Positions 6,390-14,355 of a DNA stretch of 20,000 bases are shown one piece after another. Positions within the stretch are counted from its first letter, which is position 1. Each line of letters begins with the position of its first letter. The notes below the pieces were generated by a model. It searched no databases. It saw nothing but the letters and a program-made list of their open reading frames with translations, and had not been told where the DNA came from. Origin of the DNA: an uncultured virus (IMG/VR IMGVR_UViG_3300011785_000002) (taxonomy: Duplodnaviria; Heunggongvirae; Uroviricota; Caudoviricetes); IMG/VR virus record IMGVR_UViG_3300011785_000002, positions 56,343-76,342 of that record; one strand, written 5' to 3'. The position numbers were made by a program, and so were the translations under genes.

Positions 6390-7115
6390 TCAACGACCTT
6401 TAAAGTAGCGTACTGCTGCAGCCAATTTACCATGATAGTCGTTTTTAGCGTAGAGTTTACCATTGTACATCTGGGCAAAAGGACGACAAGCATCTGGTTT
6501 TTCAGATAAAGCCAGGAATTTAGACTGCCCTCGGTTCATTTCAATAAATGATACTAATAAATCATACTGGGCTTTTTCCGTGTGCGTACATGCGTAAAGC
6601 ATTTCCCATGGGGTTTTGTATCCCATCTGAATATAATATTCACCCATTACCTGGAAGGCACCCATAGACACGGCCATAAAAGCAGCACGTGGGTCATACT
6701 GACAAGCATGGATTAATTTATCGTAACTGTCATTGACGCCATTATTATCTGCGTCTGTTGTGTAATTTCCCCATGATGGGTAATTAAAGAAAGTAGACTT
6801 CGGTGCTGACACGTCATCATTATGTGCCCAGAACTTGTGGCGTTCATACAGGATTTTAGGCATACCATCATTGAACCAGCCTGAGCCATTGGCCTCTACC
6901 TTGGCCACGGCCTTGATCCGGACAGTGTCTGTGTCACCTAAACGACGTGCTAGTTGGAATTTTTCTGATTCAGAAATGGCTGGAGCTTTCTTATTTCGGA
7001 AGCAAGCTAAGATCGCGTCTTTCGAACCGCGGCCGATGATTCCATCAATGGCTCCAAAATAGAATCCTTTATCCTTCAGGAATTGTTGAAATTCCTTGCG
7101 CGTTTTTACAGACAT
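6390..7115 (-). CDS. modular endolysin: N-terminal peptidoglycan-binding domain + N-acetylmuramidase (DUF3380-type)
   Basis: QQFLKDKGFY..IDGIIG (PG-binding); AVAKVEANG, PKILYERHKF, SMGAFQVMG, FAQMYNG..Y..KL motifs. Confidence 0.92.
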   Translation of the reverse strand: MSVKTRKEFQQFLKDKGFYFGAIDGIIGRGSKDAILACFRNKKAPAISESEKFQLARRLGDTDTVRIKAVAKVEANGSGWFNDGMPKILYERHKFWAHNDDVSAPKSTFFNYPSWGNYTTDADNNGVNDSYDKLIHACQYDPRAAFMAVSMGAFQVMGEYYIQMGYKTPWEMLYACTHTEKAQYDLLVSFIEMNRGQSKFLALSEKPDACRPFAQMYNGKLYAKNDYHGKLAAAVRYFKGR

Positions 7116-7117
7116 AA

Positions 7118-7148
7118 AATAACCCTCAGAATACTGAGGGTTATTCTA
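7118..7148 (-). promoter_or_regulatory. SD-sequestering hairpin with overlapping -10 box upstream of the endolysin
   Basis: 12-bp perfect stem AATAACCCTCAG/CTGAGGGTTATT containing the GAGG SD, ending 2 nt before ATG; TAGAAT overlaps the 5' arm. Confidence 0.65.
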
Positions 7149-7172
7149 CATCATTTGAAGTATCACTTGAAC

Positions 7173-7436
7173 TTAATGCCTATTTTTTATCTGTTGGCAC
7201 TTTTTAAGATAGGGAAAATAATCTTTGTACATCCAGAATAAAGCCCCGATCACAATAAGCAAAGCTGGAATATGAATTTGACGCATACCCAGCCCAGAAG
7301 CAATTAAGAACAAAATAAGGTACTTCTGGCTTGTAATAAAAACAAAGATGTTTCTTCCCCGATTAAAGAAATATAGTCCTGTTAAGCTAAACAAAGCCAG
7401 AAGTGCCCAGACGATTGTAAAATAAGTAACTGGCAT
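7173..7436 (-). CDS. holin-like membrane protein (87 aa)
   Basis: About 3 hydrophobic segments, basic C-terminus, directly upstream of the endolysin. Confidence 0.65.
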   Translation of the reverse strand: MPVTYFTIVWALLALFSLTGLYFFNRGRNIFVFITSQKYLILFLIASGLGMRQIHIPALLIVIGALFWMYKDYFPYLKKCQQIKNRH

Positions 7437-7438
7437 GA

Positions 7439-7852
7439 TTAGTCACCACTTTTTGGTATATTCATAGCTTTAGTGTACTCTTTGAACTTTGCTCGTAAGT
7501 TGAGAATTGTTACAGGTAGTACAATAGATGCTACGGTAATCCAGATGGGGTTAAGGAGTGTTAGGCTTTTATCTTTGTAAAGACAGTAAACAAAAGCTAA
7601 AACTCCACCTAATAACGCAGTTACGAACTTCACACTGGAAGGTAGATCTTTCTCACTATTTTCCGCCGGTAATTTCATCCCTAACCATGAGGAAACTAAT
7701 AACACGAACAAGCAAAGACCGAATGTGAATTCATTTTTATAGAAAAGTACAAATTCAGTAGATGCTGTGCTTTGTGCAAAAGCTGGATGACTTAACAACG
7801 CTAAAATAGCAAGAAATCCTGTTAAAAAATAACCGAATTTAAAACGCCACAT
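7439..7852 (-). CDS. holin/antiholin-like membrane protein (137 aa)
   Basis: About 4 hydrophobic segments, basic tail; start moved to ATG 7852 (GAGG SD) because the GTG at 7921 lies inside a terminator. Confidence 0.65.
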   Translation of the reverse strand: MWRFKFGYFLTGFLAILALLSHPAFAQSTASTEFVLFYKNEFTFGLCLFVLLVSSWLGMKLPAENSEKDLPSSVKFVTALLGGVLAFVYCLYKDKSLTLLNPIWITVASIVLPVTILNLRAKFKEYTKAMNIPKSGD

Positions 7853-7908
7853 GCGTTTTTCCTCTATAGTGGTTCTCCGCGATATTACCATTTTTTGGTA
7901 TATCAGCG

Positions 7909-7940
7909 TTAAAAAACCCACCTCTAGGGTGGGTTTTTAA
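7909..7940. terminator. bidirectional rho-independent terminator
   Basis: AAAAAACCCACC-TCTAG-GGTGGGTTTTT. Confidence 0.8.
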
Positions 7941-7982
7941 TCAGATTTTTGTTACATCTGGGTTTCTTTCTTAATACCAATC

Positions 7983-9116
7983 TTAGTATTTCGGTTGGTA
8001 TGCAGGGCGACCACAGTAAGCGTCAGCTGATGAAATTTGTGGTTGAACTGTGAAACCTGTCAAGTATGGACCTGAGCTTGTTCCCATAGGGACCCCAGAA
8101 TGGATTGGTGTATATTGCTCAGTCATTTCTGTACTTGGTTTAATCTCTTGATGTAGAGCGAAAGTATTCAAATCTGCGGAGAAACCGTCGATTGGGTACA
8201 TACCATATTCACGTAAAGTTCTAACACCGGCTTCGCTGATTTTATTAGTTCCACCAAGTGAGAATTTAGCTGCTTGGAAGGTGTCCCATGGGTGGCAAGA
8301 TAGTGTGTAGTCCGCAGGATCCCCTAAAACTGTAGATAAACGGATCGAACGAGGTGTTGTCGGGCGATATGTCTTATCCGCAAGATTACCTAACCATGTT
8401 GGTGTAATCAAATCGCCTGTTACAGCATCAATTGCAGCCCAAGTACCAATTTCAGCGTCTGTAAAAATGTCCGTATTTGCAGGGACATTAAACATATTAT
8501 TGTTTACAGACACTTGTAACTCGCCAAAGCAGTTACGGATACCCGTTACACGTTGCCAAACACCACCGGTCATATCATGAATACCTGTTGGCGAACCATC
8601 GTGGGTCCATGCTGCACCGCCAGAACCTGCATAAGTTTGATCTGCGCTACCTGGCACCAATACACCTGCATGACCTGTAATGTCGCGACCACCCAGTTGG
8701 TTCCCCAAGTATTTACCTCCGTTCATACGACCATGAACTGTTGCAGCATCCCATTCCAATTGGTTTACTAAGTGGAATCCAGGACCGCAGTTTGCTGCCA
8801 AACGCATTAATTCACGTGTGGTTTGATAACCTCCTGCCAATGGGTCTGTGTATGGTTGGGATAAAAGTTCACCATCTTTGATAGAGCCGTGATATGTACC
8901 AATTAAAATGCTATCAAATTCAGATTCCCAACCTTTTCGGAACGCTCGGTGTGTGCCTGATAAACCTACGTCTGCACCGTATGCTGACATATCAAATCTA
9001 GGAATAACCGTCATGAACGATGGTTGCCCTTTGGCTGTGTAAACTACGGTTTGTTTACCACCGCTTGCTGCTTCCACAGAAAGACGAAGTTTGTCACGAA
9101 TTAAAATATCTACCAT
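7983..9116 (-). CDS. major tropism determinant-like (C-type lectin/FGE-fold) receptor-binding tail protein
   Basis: N-terminus LRLSVEAASGG.QTVVYT..GQPSFM; FGE-like GFHLVNQLEW and THDGSPTGIHDMTGGVWQ; C-terminal GRPA. Confidence 0.72.
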   Translation of the reverse strand: MVDILIRDKLRLSVEAASGGKQTVVYTAKGQPSFMTVIPRFDMSAYGADVGLSGTHRAFRKGWESEFDSILIGTYHGSIKDGELLSQPYTDPLAGGYQTTRELMRLAANCGPGFHLVNQLEWDAATVHGRMNGGKYLGNQLGGRDITGHAGVLVPGSADQTYAGSGGAAWTHDGSPTGIHDMTGGVWQRVTGIRNCFGELQVSVNNNMFNVPANTDIFTDAEIGTWAAIDAVTGDLITPTWLGNLADKTYRPTTPRSIRLSTVLGDPADYTLSCHPWDTFQAAKFSLGGTNKISEAGVRTLREYGMYPIDGFSADLNTFALHQEIKPSTEMTEQYTPIHSGVPMGTSSGPYLTGFTVQPQISSADAYCGRPAYQPKY

Positions 9117-9121
9117 GAGAT

Positions 9122-11374
9122 TTATCCTGAAAAGTTAAATTTGTTGTCTAGGAAGACAATACGTTGTTTCACCCACTCCATAACATCTGGAAAACTGGTA
9201 TAAGCAAGTGAGGGTAAAGGCCATTTTTGGTATTCCAATTCTAACAATTGGGATGGGTACATATCCATTAATACTTTCATATTTTTATAAATATGATCTA
9301 CAGTAAATAAACCATTTCTACGCAACTCTGCATATCTAGCTTCAATATCTGAACGATAAGCCACATAAACCTTAGCCCAGAAATCATTTCCTTGGAAGGT
9401 GTCAAAATTGGGTGGAAAACGTCCTGTTGTCCCATCAAAGTCTAAACCATAGGTCATGTCCAAATCATAAGGCATGATAAACCATTTGGTTCCGTCCCAT
9501 GTGATGAATTGCAAGTTTTTAAATACAAAATCAGCCCCTGCTAAAAAGTCAGCGAAGCAGTAATAATCTACTACGTTGTTTTTATCTAGGTATGTATTTT
9601 TCTGAGCAGTAAAATCAGCTTGTGGTAAATTAGCAAAAGTCAACCAACGCTGTTTGTTTGCTTCTGCACCTGCACCCCAAGTTGATGGTGCTTTAACATC
9701 AATAGCTTCTGGTGATAATGTTGATAATGAAGTAATACCGCCAATGTCGAAGTGAATTTGATTTTGGTTATTTTTGGCAATGTTATAGTTGCCACGTTTT
9801 TTACCAATGCCGATACAACCTACACCATAGAAGCTACCATTGATGTAGACCACTGTTGGATATTGAATTGGATGACCTGTTGCACCAGTTTCCATAGCTG
9901 CAGCACCAGTTTTACCTACATAGGTGTGGTCAATATCACGCTTTGGATAACCTTTACGAGTATCCATTACTTGTGCCCAAAGATTATAATTTGACATCAT
10001 TCGTACTTGAATGTGATCAATCCAATTGGCTTTGAATACCCAAGTGCTGTGACCCATTACTCGACCAATTTTTAGTGATGCTTCCGTTTGGAACTCAGGG
10101 TCTGTGAATAGATCAAAGGACCAGTTTTTCTTTGGGAAACCTGCAGAAGAAGAACCTTGCACACCAAACTCGGTGAATGCGGAAAACTTAACACCATCTA
10201 CAGTAATAGCAAATTTACCATTGATTGTTCCTTGATCCTTACTTACTGGTAAGGTCATTTCCGTTTCTATGTCAATGATGGTGATGCTTTGTGGTGCTTG
10301 TAATTCAAATAAGTTTTTACCTAAATTACGTGCTTCGGAACCACCTGTTCCTCCTGAACCTCCTGAGCTTGTACGGATACCTATGATTGCTTCTGTCACA
10401 ACATGGCTCAACATAGTAAGTGCAGTTTCAAACTTAATATTATTTAAACGAGTATCCGCTTCTAATTGAGTTAAGATTTGCTGTGTAAACAAGATCGACG
10501 AAGTAAATTGCTCCCCTTGTTTAGTGATTTTATTATCGAGATCAGCTAAAGCTGAAATCACAATATGTTGAAACAACAAGTCTTGAACTTGATCTTCTAA
10601 AACATTGTCTCCAATATCTGAAACTGTTTGCACCAGTTTGTTATAACTTACGACTAAGCCTGAGATATAGTTTTCATGTTTATCAAGGAGTTTTCGCAGG
10701 GAATCAACATGTTCTTGTAACGCTACAAGCGCATCATTATCTACATCTTCACTGATTAGATGTTCATTGAAAGTTTGAACAAATATATGAAAGCTAAGAA
10801 CCAGTGAGGCTAGGGAATTACGTGTGATCATTATTTGCTTATCAACGTATGCTTTAGTCAGGGTGAGCGAATCATACTGAGACTTGGTCAAGGTCGTTGA
10901 TTCTGCTGTTGCTTTATACCATAGTCCTCCGTTAGCATCCTCACCAACCTGGACAGGCTGATTAACCTCTAGGTTTGCAATATCCGCATTAGCTTCTGCC
11001 AGTGTTGGGTAGAACTTTGAAGCTTGTGTACTAAGCTGAGATAGAGCAGTGACAACATAATCCATTAGTGCTGAATCTTGTGAATCCACATAGGTATTAT
11101 CAGCTTTATTTCTAGTCAATAACAATTCAGCTTCTATAGCTCTTTTTTCTTCATTATTCAATCTTTGAATAATTTCTTCAATTTCTTCTTCTCGTCCTTC
11201 AGCTGCTAATTCTCTAAGCATCCCCACAGTTATTGCTTCATTTCCAGCATAATTTGATGGAAAGTTACCAGCTACGAGTTTGATTTGATCAAAAGCATCC
11301 GGGTCTGCAGGTAAATTACTTGGGGTTGTGAGGTCTTTTACAGACCGGGCATGTATATTGGTTAATTCGGACAT
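9122..11374 (-). CDS. tail fibre/spike-type protein with C-terminal CotH kinase domain
   Basis: N-terminal tail-attachment-like segment (YPTLAEANADIANL), coiled coil, SSGGSGGTGG linker, then CotH motifs QGSSS..PKKNWS, WVFKANWID, YINGSFYG, D..KN, WFIMPYDLDMTYG, WVKQRI.FLD. Confidence 0.78.
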   Translation of the reverse strand: MSELTNIHARSVKDLTTPSNLPADPDAFDQIKLVAGNFPSNYAGNEAITVGMLRELAAEGREEEIEEIIQRLNNEEKRAIEAELLLTRNKADNTYVDSQDSALMDYVVTALSQLSTQASKFYPTLAEANADIANLEVNQPVQVGEDANGGLWYKATAESTTLTKSQYDSLTLTKAYVDKQIMITRNSLASLVLSFHIFVQTFNEHLISEDVDNDALVALQEHVDSLRKLLDKHENYISGLVVSYNKLVQTVSDIGDNVLEDQVQDLLFQHIVISALADLDNKITKQGEQFTSSILFTQQILTQLEADTRLNNIKFETALTMLSHVVTEAIIGIRTSSGGSGGTGGSEARNLGKNLFELQAPQSITIIDIETEMTLPVSKDQGTINGKFAITVDGVKFSAFTEFGVQGSSSAGFPKKNWSFDLFTDPEFQTEASLKIGRVMGHSTWVFKANWIDHIQVRMMSNYNLWAQVMDTRKGYPKRDIDHTYVGKTGAAAMETGATGHPIQYPTVVYINGSFYGVGCIGIGKKRGNYNIAKNNQNQIHFDIGGITSLSTLSPEAIDVKAPSTWGAGAEANKQRWLTFANLPQADFTAQKNTYLDKNNVVDYYCFADFLAGADFVFKNLQFITWDGTKWFIMPYDLDMTYGLDFDGTTGRFPPNFDTFQGNDFWAKVYVAYRSDIEARYAELRRNGLFTVDHIYKNMKVLMDMYPSQLLELEYQKWPLPSLAYTSFPDVMEWVKQRIVFLDNKFNFSG

Positions 11375-11377
11375 AAA

Positions 11378-11407
11378 AATACCTCCAGTGTTGGAGGTAT
11401 TCTATCA
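11378..11407 (-). promoter_or_regulatory. SD-sequestering hairpin with extended -10 promoter upstream of the CotH-tail gene
   Basis: AATACCTCCA-ACAC-TGGAGGTATT-TTT-ATG; TGA-TAGAAT overlaps the 5' arm. Confidence 0.65.
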
Positions 11408-11415
11408 GATAAAGA

Positions 11416-11823
11416 TTATTTTTTTCGATCAACTTTTACAGATTCTTTTTTATCGTCCATGCTCGTATCCAAACCGACGACTACACCTGTGTCTGTTGCT
11501 ACAACCCCAGCTAATGGTGCTGCAGAAACATCAGTTTTAGCTTCAGAAGATTTATCGCCTGTTAAGTAATCTTTTACAAAGGCAACAGCTATTTTTGGAT
11601 CTTCAGCCACGTTGAAAAGAACTACCTTCCCTGTTTGATTGGTCCAGCATTTGGATTTTGGTTCATAATTAAGCTTGGTTGGAATTGTATATTTATTATT
11701 CTTTCCAAACTTAAGCATTTCTTCCTGAATACGTTCACCTTCACCATTAGCTGCTTGGATAGCGACGTTGCCGTTGATTTTCAATTGTGATTTGTCTTCA
11801 CTGTTGCGAGTTACTGTAGTCAT
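11416..11823 (-). CDS. hypothetical protein (135 aa)
   Basis: ORF starting 1 nt after the exonuclease stop codon. Confidence 0.75.
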   Translation of the reverse strand: MTTVTRNSEDKSQLKINGNVAIQAANGEGERIQEEMLKFGKNNKYTIPTKLNYEPKSKCWTNQTGKVVLFNVAEDPKIAVAFVKDYLTGDKSSEAKTDVSAAPLAGVVATDTGVVVGLDTSMDDKKESVKVDRKK

Positions 11824-11824
11824 A

Positions 11825-12646
11825 TTAAAAGTCCATTGTCATGGCTGGTACATTGGGTTGGACCAGTTGTTGTTTGGGATAGAAGCGAGTGTGTTTAATT
11901 AACTCAGCATCTGGTATCTCCATGTAGTTTACCACACGCCAGTACATTTTTAATGTTTCCCAATGTTCGCTAATTTTTTCACACAATTTAATAAAATACT
12001 TTTCATCTAATGGAAAAGCATTATTTGGAATGAATTTTGGAAAATCATTCTGCAACTGATAATGGATCATTTTTCTTTGCTGTTCAGATAAACGTTCCCA
12101 GGCTTTTTCACCAAAACCGCTGAGTCCTTTTAAATTATCCGAACTATCACCCACCATTGTTTTGAAAAGATTTAATTCATCACAGTTGTTGACGTTCTTC
12201 GGCATAACTGCTTGTGGTTGAATCACGTTTGGCAAATGTGAAAGGTTAAGAATATCGACGTCATTTGATGAAATCGTAATGTGGTTCCGGCCATCAGCCA
12301 AAGCCATGGCTAGTTTGCGGATAATGTCATCGGCTTCTGTGTATGGCCGTTCACAGATAAAGATACCGCCCTGGTTGGGTAGATCAATCTTTTTGAAATC
12401 GTTGAGCATGTCATATTTTGTGGTGTCTAAACGATTCTTGGCCCGGGCAGCTGTGTTTTTATATTCAGGGTAAAGCTCCCGTCGGGGTTTTCTGGAGTCA
12501 TAGCCGTCGAATACCCAGTAGACCTGATCAAAGCCCCAGTTAAGTTGAATACATCGATTAACTAAATCCTGGTAACTTGTGGCCTTTGCATATTTTAAGA
12601 AGAACTGATTGTTCCCATCGATAAGATGGATTTTTTGTGATGCCAT
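11825..12646 (-). CDS. 5'-3' exonuclease / flap endonuclease (PolI N-terminal, T4 RNase H-like)
   Basis: LIDGNN, VFDG, R..LYPEYK..R, EADDII, SSNDVD, MVGDSSDNLKGLSGFGEK (H3TH). Confidence 0.93.
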   Translation of the reverse strand: MASQKIHLIDGNNQFFLKYAKATSYQDLVNRCIQLNWGFDQVYWVFDGYDSRKPRRELYPEYKNTAARAKNRLDTTKYDMLNDFKKIDLPNQGGIFICERPYTEADDIIRKLAMALADGRNHITISSNDVDILNLSHLPNVIQPQAVMPKNVNNCDELNLFKTMVGDSSDNLKGLSGFGEKAWERLSEQQRKMIHYQLQNDFPKFIPNNAFPLDEKYFIKLCEKISEHWETLKMYWRVVNYMEIPDAELIKHTRFYPKQQLVQPNVPAMTMDF

Positions 12647-12648
12647 GT

Positions 12649-12861
12649 TTAGTGTCTCAATGATGAAGTTACTTTGTTTCTTTCCGCAGCCTTTAACTTT
12701 TCACGTAAGAATGTGTTTTCAAGTTGCGTGTTTTCAAGTCTAATCTTCATGTGAGATATAATCATAAGGCAGATTAGAAAAATAAAACCAATAACACCTA
12801 CGGCTATTTGTATTTCTTGATATGTGCAGGTAAACATAAATTTTCCTATTGTTGAATCCAA
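12649..12861 (-). CDS. small single-pass membrane protein
   Basis: One TM helix plus a coiled-coil tail; packs between neighbours; exact start uncertain. Confidence 0.6.
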   Translation of the reverse strand: MDSTIGKFMFTCTYQEIQIAVGVIGFIFLICLMIISHMKIRLENTQLENTFLREKLKAAERNKVTSSLRH

Positions 12862-13136
12862 AAAGGTCTATCCCCTAACTTAAACCATGAGGACCACGTG
12901 GGTCCTTGTCTAACTCTTTCAAAAATACCTTGGTTTGTTTGAATACGAGTTTTGGTTTCTGTGTTAATTAAATAAGAATAAAGTGCCAGGGGTTTGTCAC
13001 TTTCTTTTCTTCTTTTAAAAACACAATCAGCATGTATGGTAAGCCATTGGCCATGGTCTGATCTTTCAAAGTGTCCTTGTCTTACTGCCACATTTGTTCC
13101 GCAGAAATAGCAAATACCTGGATAGTGATTACGCAT
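12846..13136 (-). CDS. hypothetical Zn-binding protein
   Basis: GGAGG SD; CxxC...HxxC pattern. Confidence 0.75.
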   Translation of the reverse strand: MRNHYPGICYFCGTNVAVRQGHFERSDHGQWLTIHADCVFKRRKESDKPLALYSYLINTETKTRIQTNQGIFERVRQGPTWSSWFKLGDRPFWIQQ

Positions 13137-13151
13137 AAAACCTCCAAATAA

Positions 13152-13181
13152 AAATAAACCTCCGGTTAAGGAGGTTTATTT
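13152..13181 (-). terminator. terminator / SD-interacting hairpin
   Basis: AAATAAACCTCC-TTAACC-GGAGGTTTATTT followed by T-rich sequence. Confidence 0.65.
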
Positions 13182-13193
13182 GTTTTTGCCAGA

Positions 13194-13934
13194 TTAACCA
13201 ACAACGTTCATGATCAATTTCTTGAACTCATTTCCGTCTTTGGAAATTTCTTCACCGGAAACTTCAACGATGATGGTTTCACCTCGTTTACCTTCACGGA
13301 TCGCTTTATCCCAAATCGCTTTCACAGTTTTTGCAGCTGTGTAAGGAGTTGTGTAACCAAACAGGGTGCCAGCTTCGAAAGTGACTTTCTTGTCTTTAGA
13401 TACAACATCTTCCAACAATTCAAGAACAAGCTCGAAACCTACGAAAGAATATGCTTTCGGATTGAGTTGCATAATCTGTTGGCAATTTTGCTGCCATGGA
13501 AGACCATTATGGCTTGGGTTGCTACTTGAAGTTGTGAAACCGTCGTAAGACTTGGTATACACATAACCTGCAGCACCTTGATAGTTCATGCAGTGACACG
13601 GACGGAATGAACCACCGTTTTCTGCACCTTCAATCACCATTTTAAATTTAACAGGATCGAATTTACCATCGCCTAATTTTAAACCTGCATCGCCAAGCTT
13701 GATGAATTCAGTAACTGACCCTACTGAAGCTACATCGGCTGAGTCCATTGACAATGGAGCTGCTGCTACCGGTGCCGGAGCGTAGTTCACTGCTACTGCT
13801 GGAGCTGCTGCCTGAACTGGAGCTGCTTGTTGGATCGGAGTTGCTTGTTGAATAGGAGCTGCTGCTTGAGCTGCTTCTGCTTGTCCAGCAACTTGGTTTA
13901 ATTGGTCTTGAAGTGGATTTACTGCTGTGTTCAT
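13194..13934 (-). CDS. putative single-stranded DNA-binding protein
   Basis: Between helicase and exonuclease; low-complexity Ala/Gln/Pro N-terminus followed by an aromatic beta-rich domain; function inferred from context only. Confidence 0.5.
   Translation of the reverse strand: MNTAVNPLQDQLNQVAGQAEAAQAAAPIQQATPIQQAAPVQAAAPAVAVNYAPAPVAAAPLSMDSADVASVGSVTEFIKLGDAGLKLGDGKFDPVKFKMVIEGAENGGSFRPCHCMNYQGAAGYVYTKSYDGFTTSSSNPSHNGLPWQQNCQQIMQLNPKAYSFVGFELVLELLEDVVSKDKKVTFEAGTLFGYTTPYTAAKTVKAIWDKAIREGKRGETIIVEVSGEEISKDGNEFKKLIMNVVG
13790..13880 (-). repeat. degenerate 18-nt in-frame tandem repeat (APIQQA/TPIQQA/APVQAA)
   Basis: Repeat visible in both DNA and protein. Confidence 0.7.
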
Positions 13935-13973
13935 ATGAATCACTCACTGTTAATGTTTGTGTTACTGTTAATT

Positions 13974-14098
13974 TTAAGGCAAAAATTATCGGCTTACTTG
14001 GACGCCTCCACTTTTCGCTGTAAATCATTTAACGAGTTAAAATCATTCAGTTACTTGGGCGACTTCACTTTTGGGCCGATGAAAAGATATTGCCTTAA
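13974..14098 (-). other. pseudo-symmetric hairpin element containing two 22-nt direct repeats
   Basis: IRs 13974-13982/14090-14098 and 13988-13993/14075-14080; DRs 13994-14015 and 14051-14072 (19/22 identical). Confidence 0.7.
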
Positions 14099-14144
14099 CT
14101 TGAAAAATTAAGCAATACCTTTCGAGAAAAATATTGCTGATTGT

Positions 14145-14354
14145 TTACTTATTAAGCACTCTATAGTTGAAATATCGTCGCAGAGCATAACTTCTGATCA
14201 AGCTCCAGATGAAACACAACGCGGAAATAATCGTTGCGGCCGTCATTGGTTCAAGATCTAGCTTGATTACAGATAAAGTAATTAACCAGCTGATGATTAA
14301 ACCACCTATGGTGTTGGCAGCGGTTTCAAGCATTGATTCAGTTTTGGATTGCAT
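14145..14354 (-). CDS. small two-TM phage membrane protein
   Basis: MQSK.ES..E...N...G..IS ... RSY.LRR.F pattern typical of a conserved phage family; AAGGT/AGGT SD. Confidence 0.75.
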   Translation of the reverse strand: MQSKTESMLETAANTIGGLIISWLITLSVIKLDLEPMTAATIISALCFIWSLIRSYALRRYFNYRVLNK

Positions 14355-14355
14355 C

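Noticed and set aside
7983..8120. Complete diversity-generating retroelement
   Set aside because: No TR copy, Avd or RT found in the window
13994..14072. Minimal CRISPR array (22-nt repeats, 35-nt spacer)
   Set aside because: Only two short imperfect repeats, the spacer is itself a structured palindrome, and there are no cas genes
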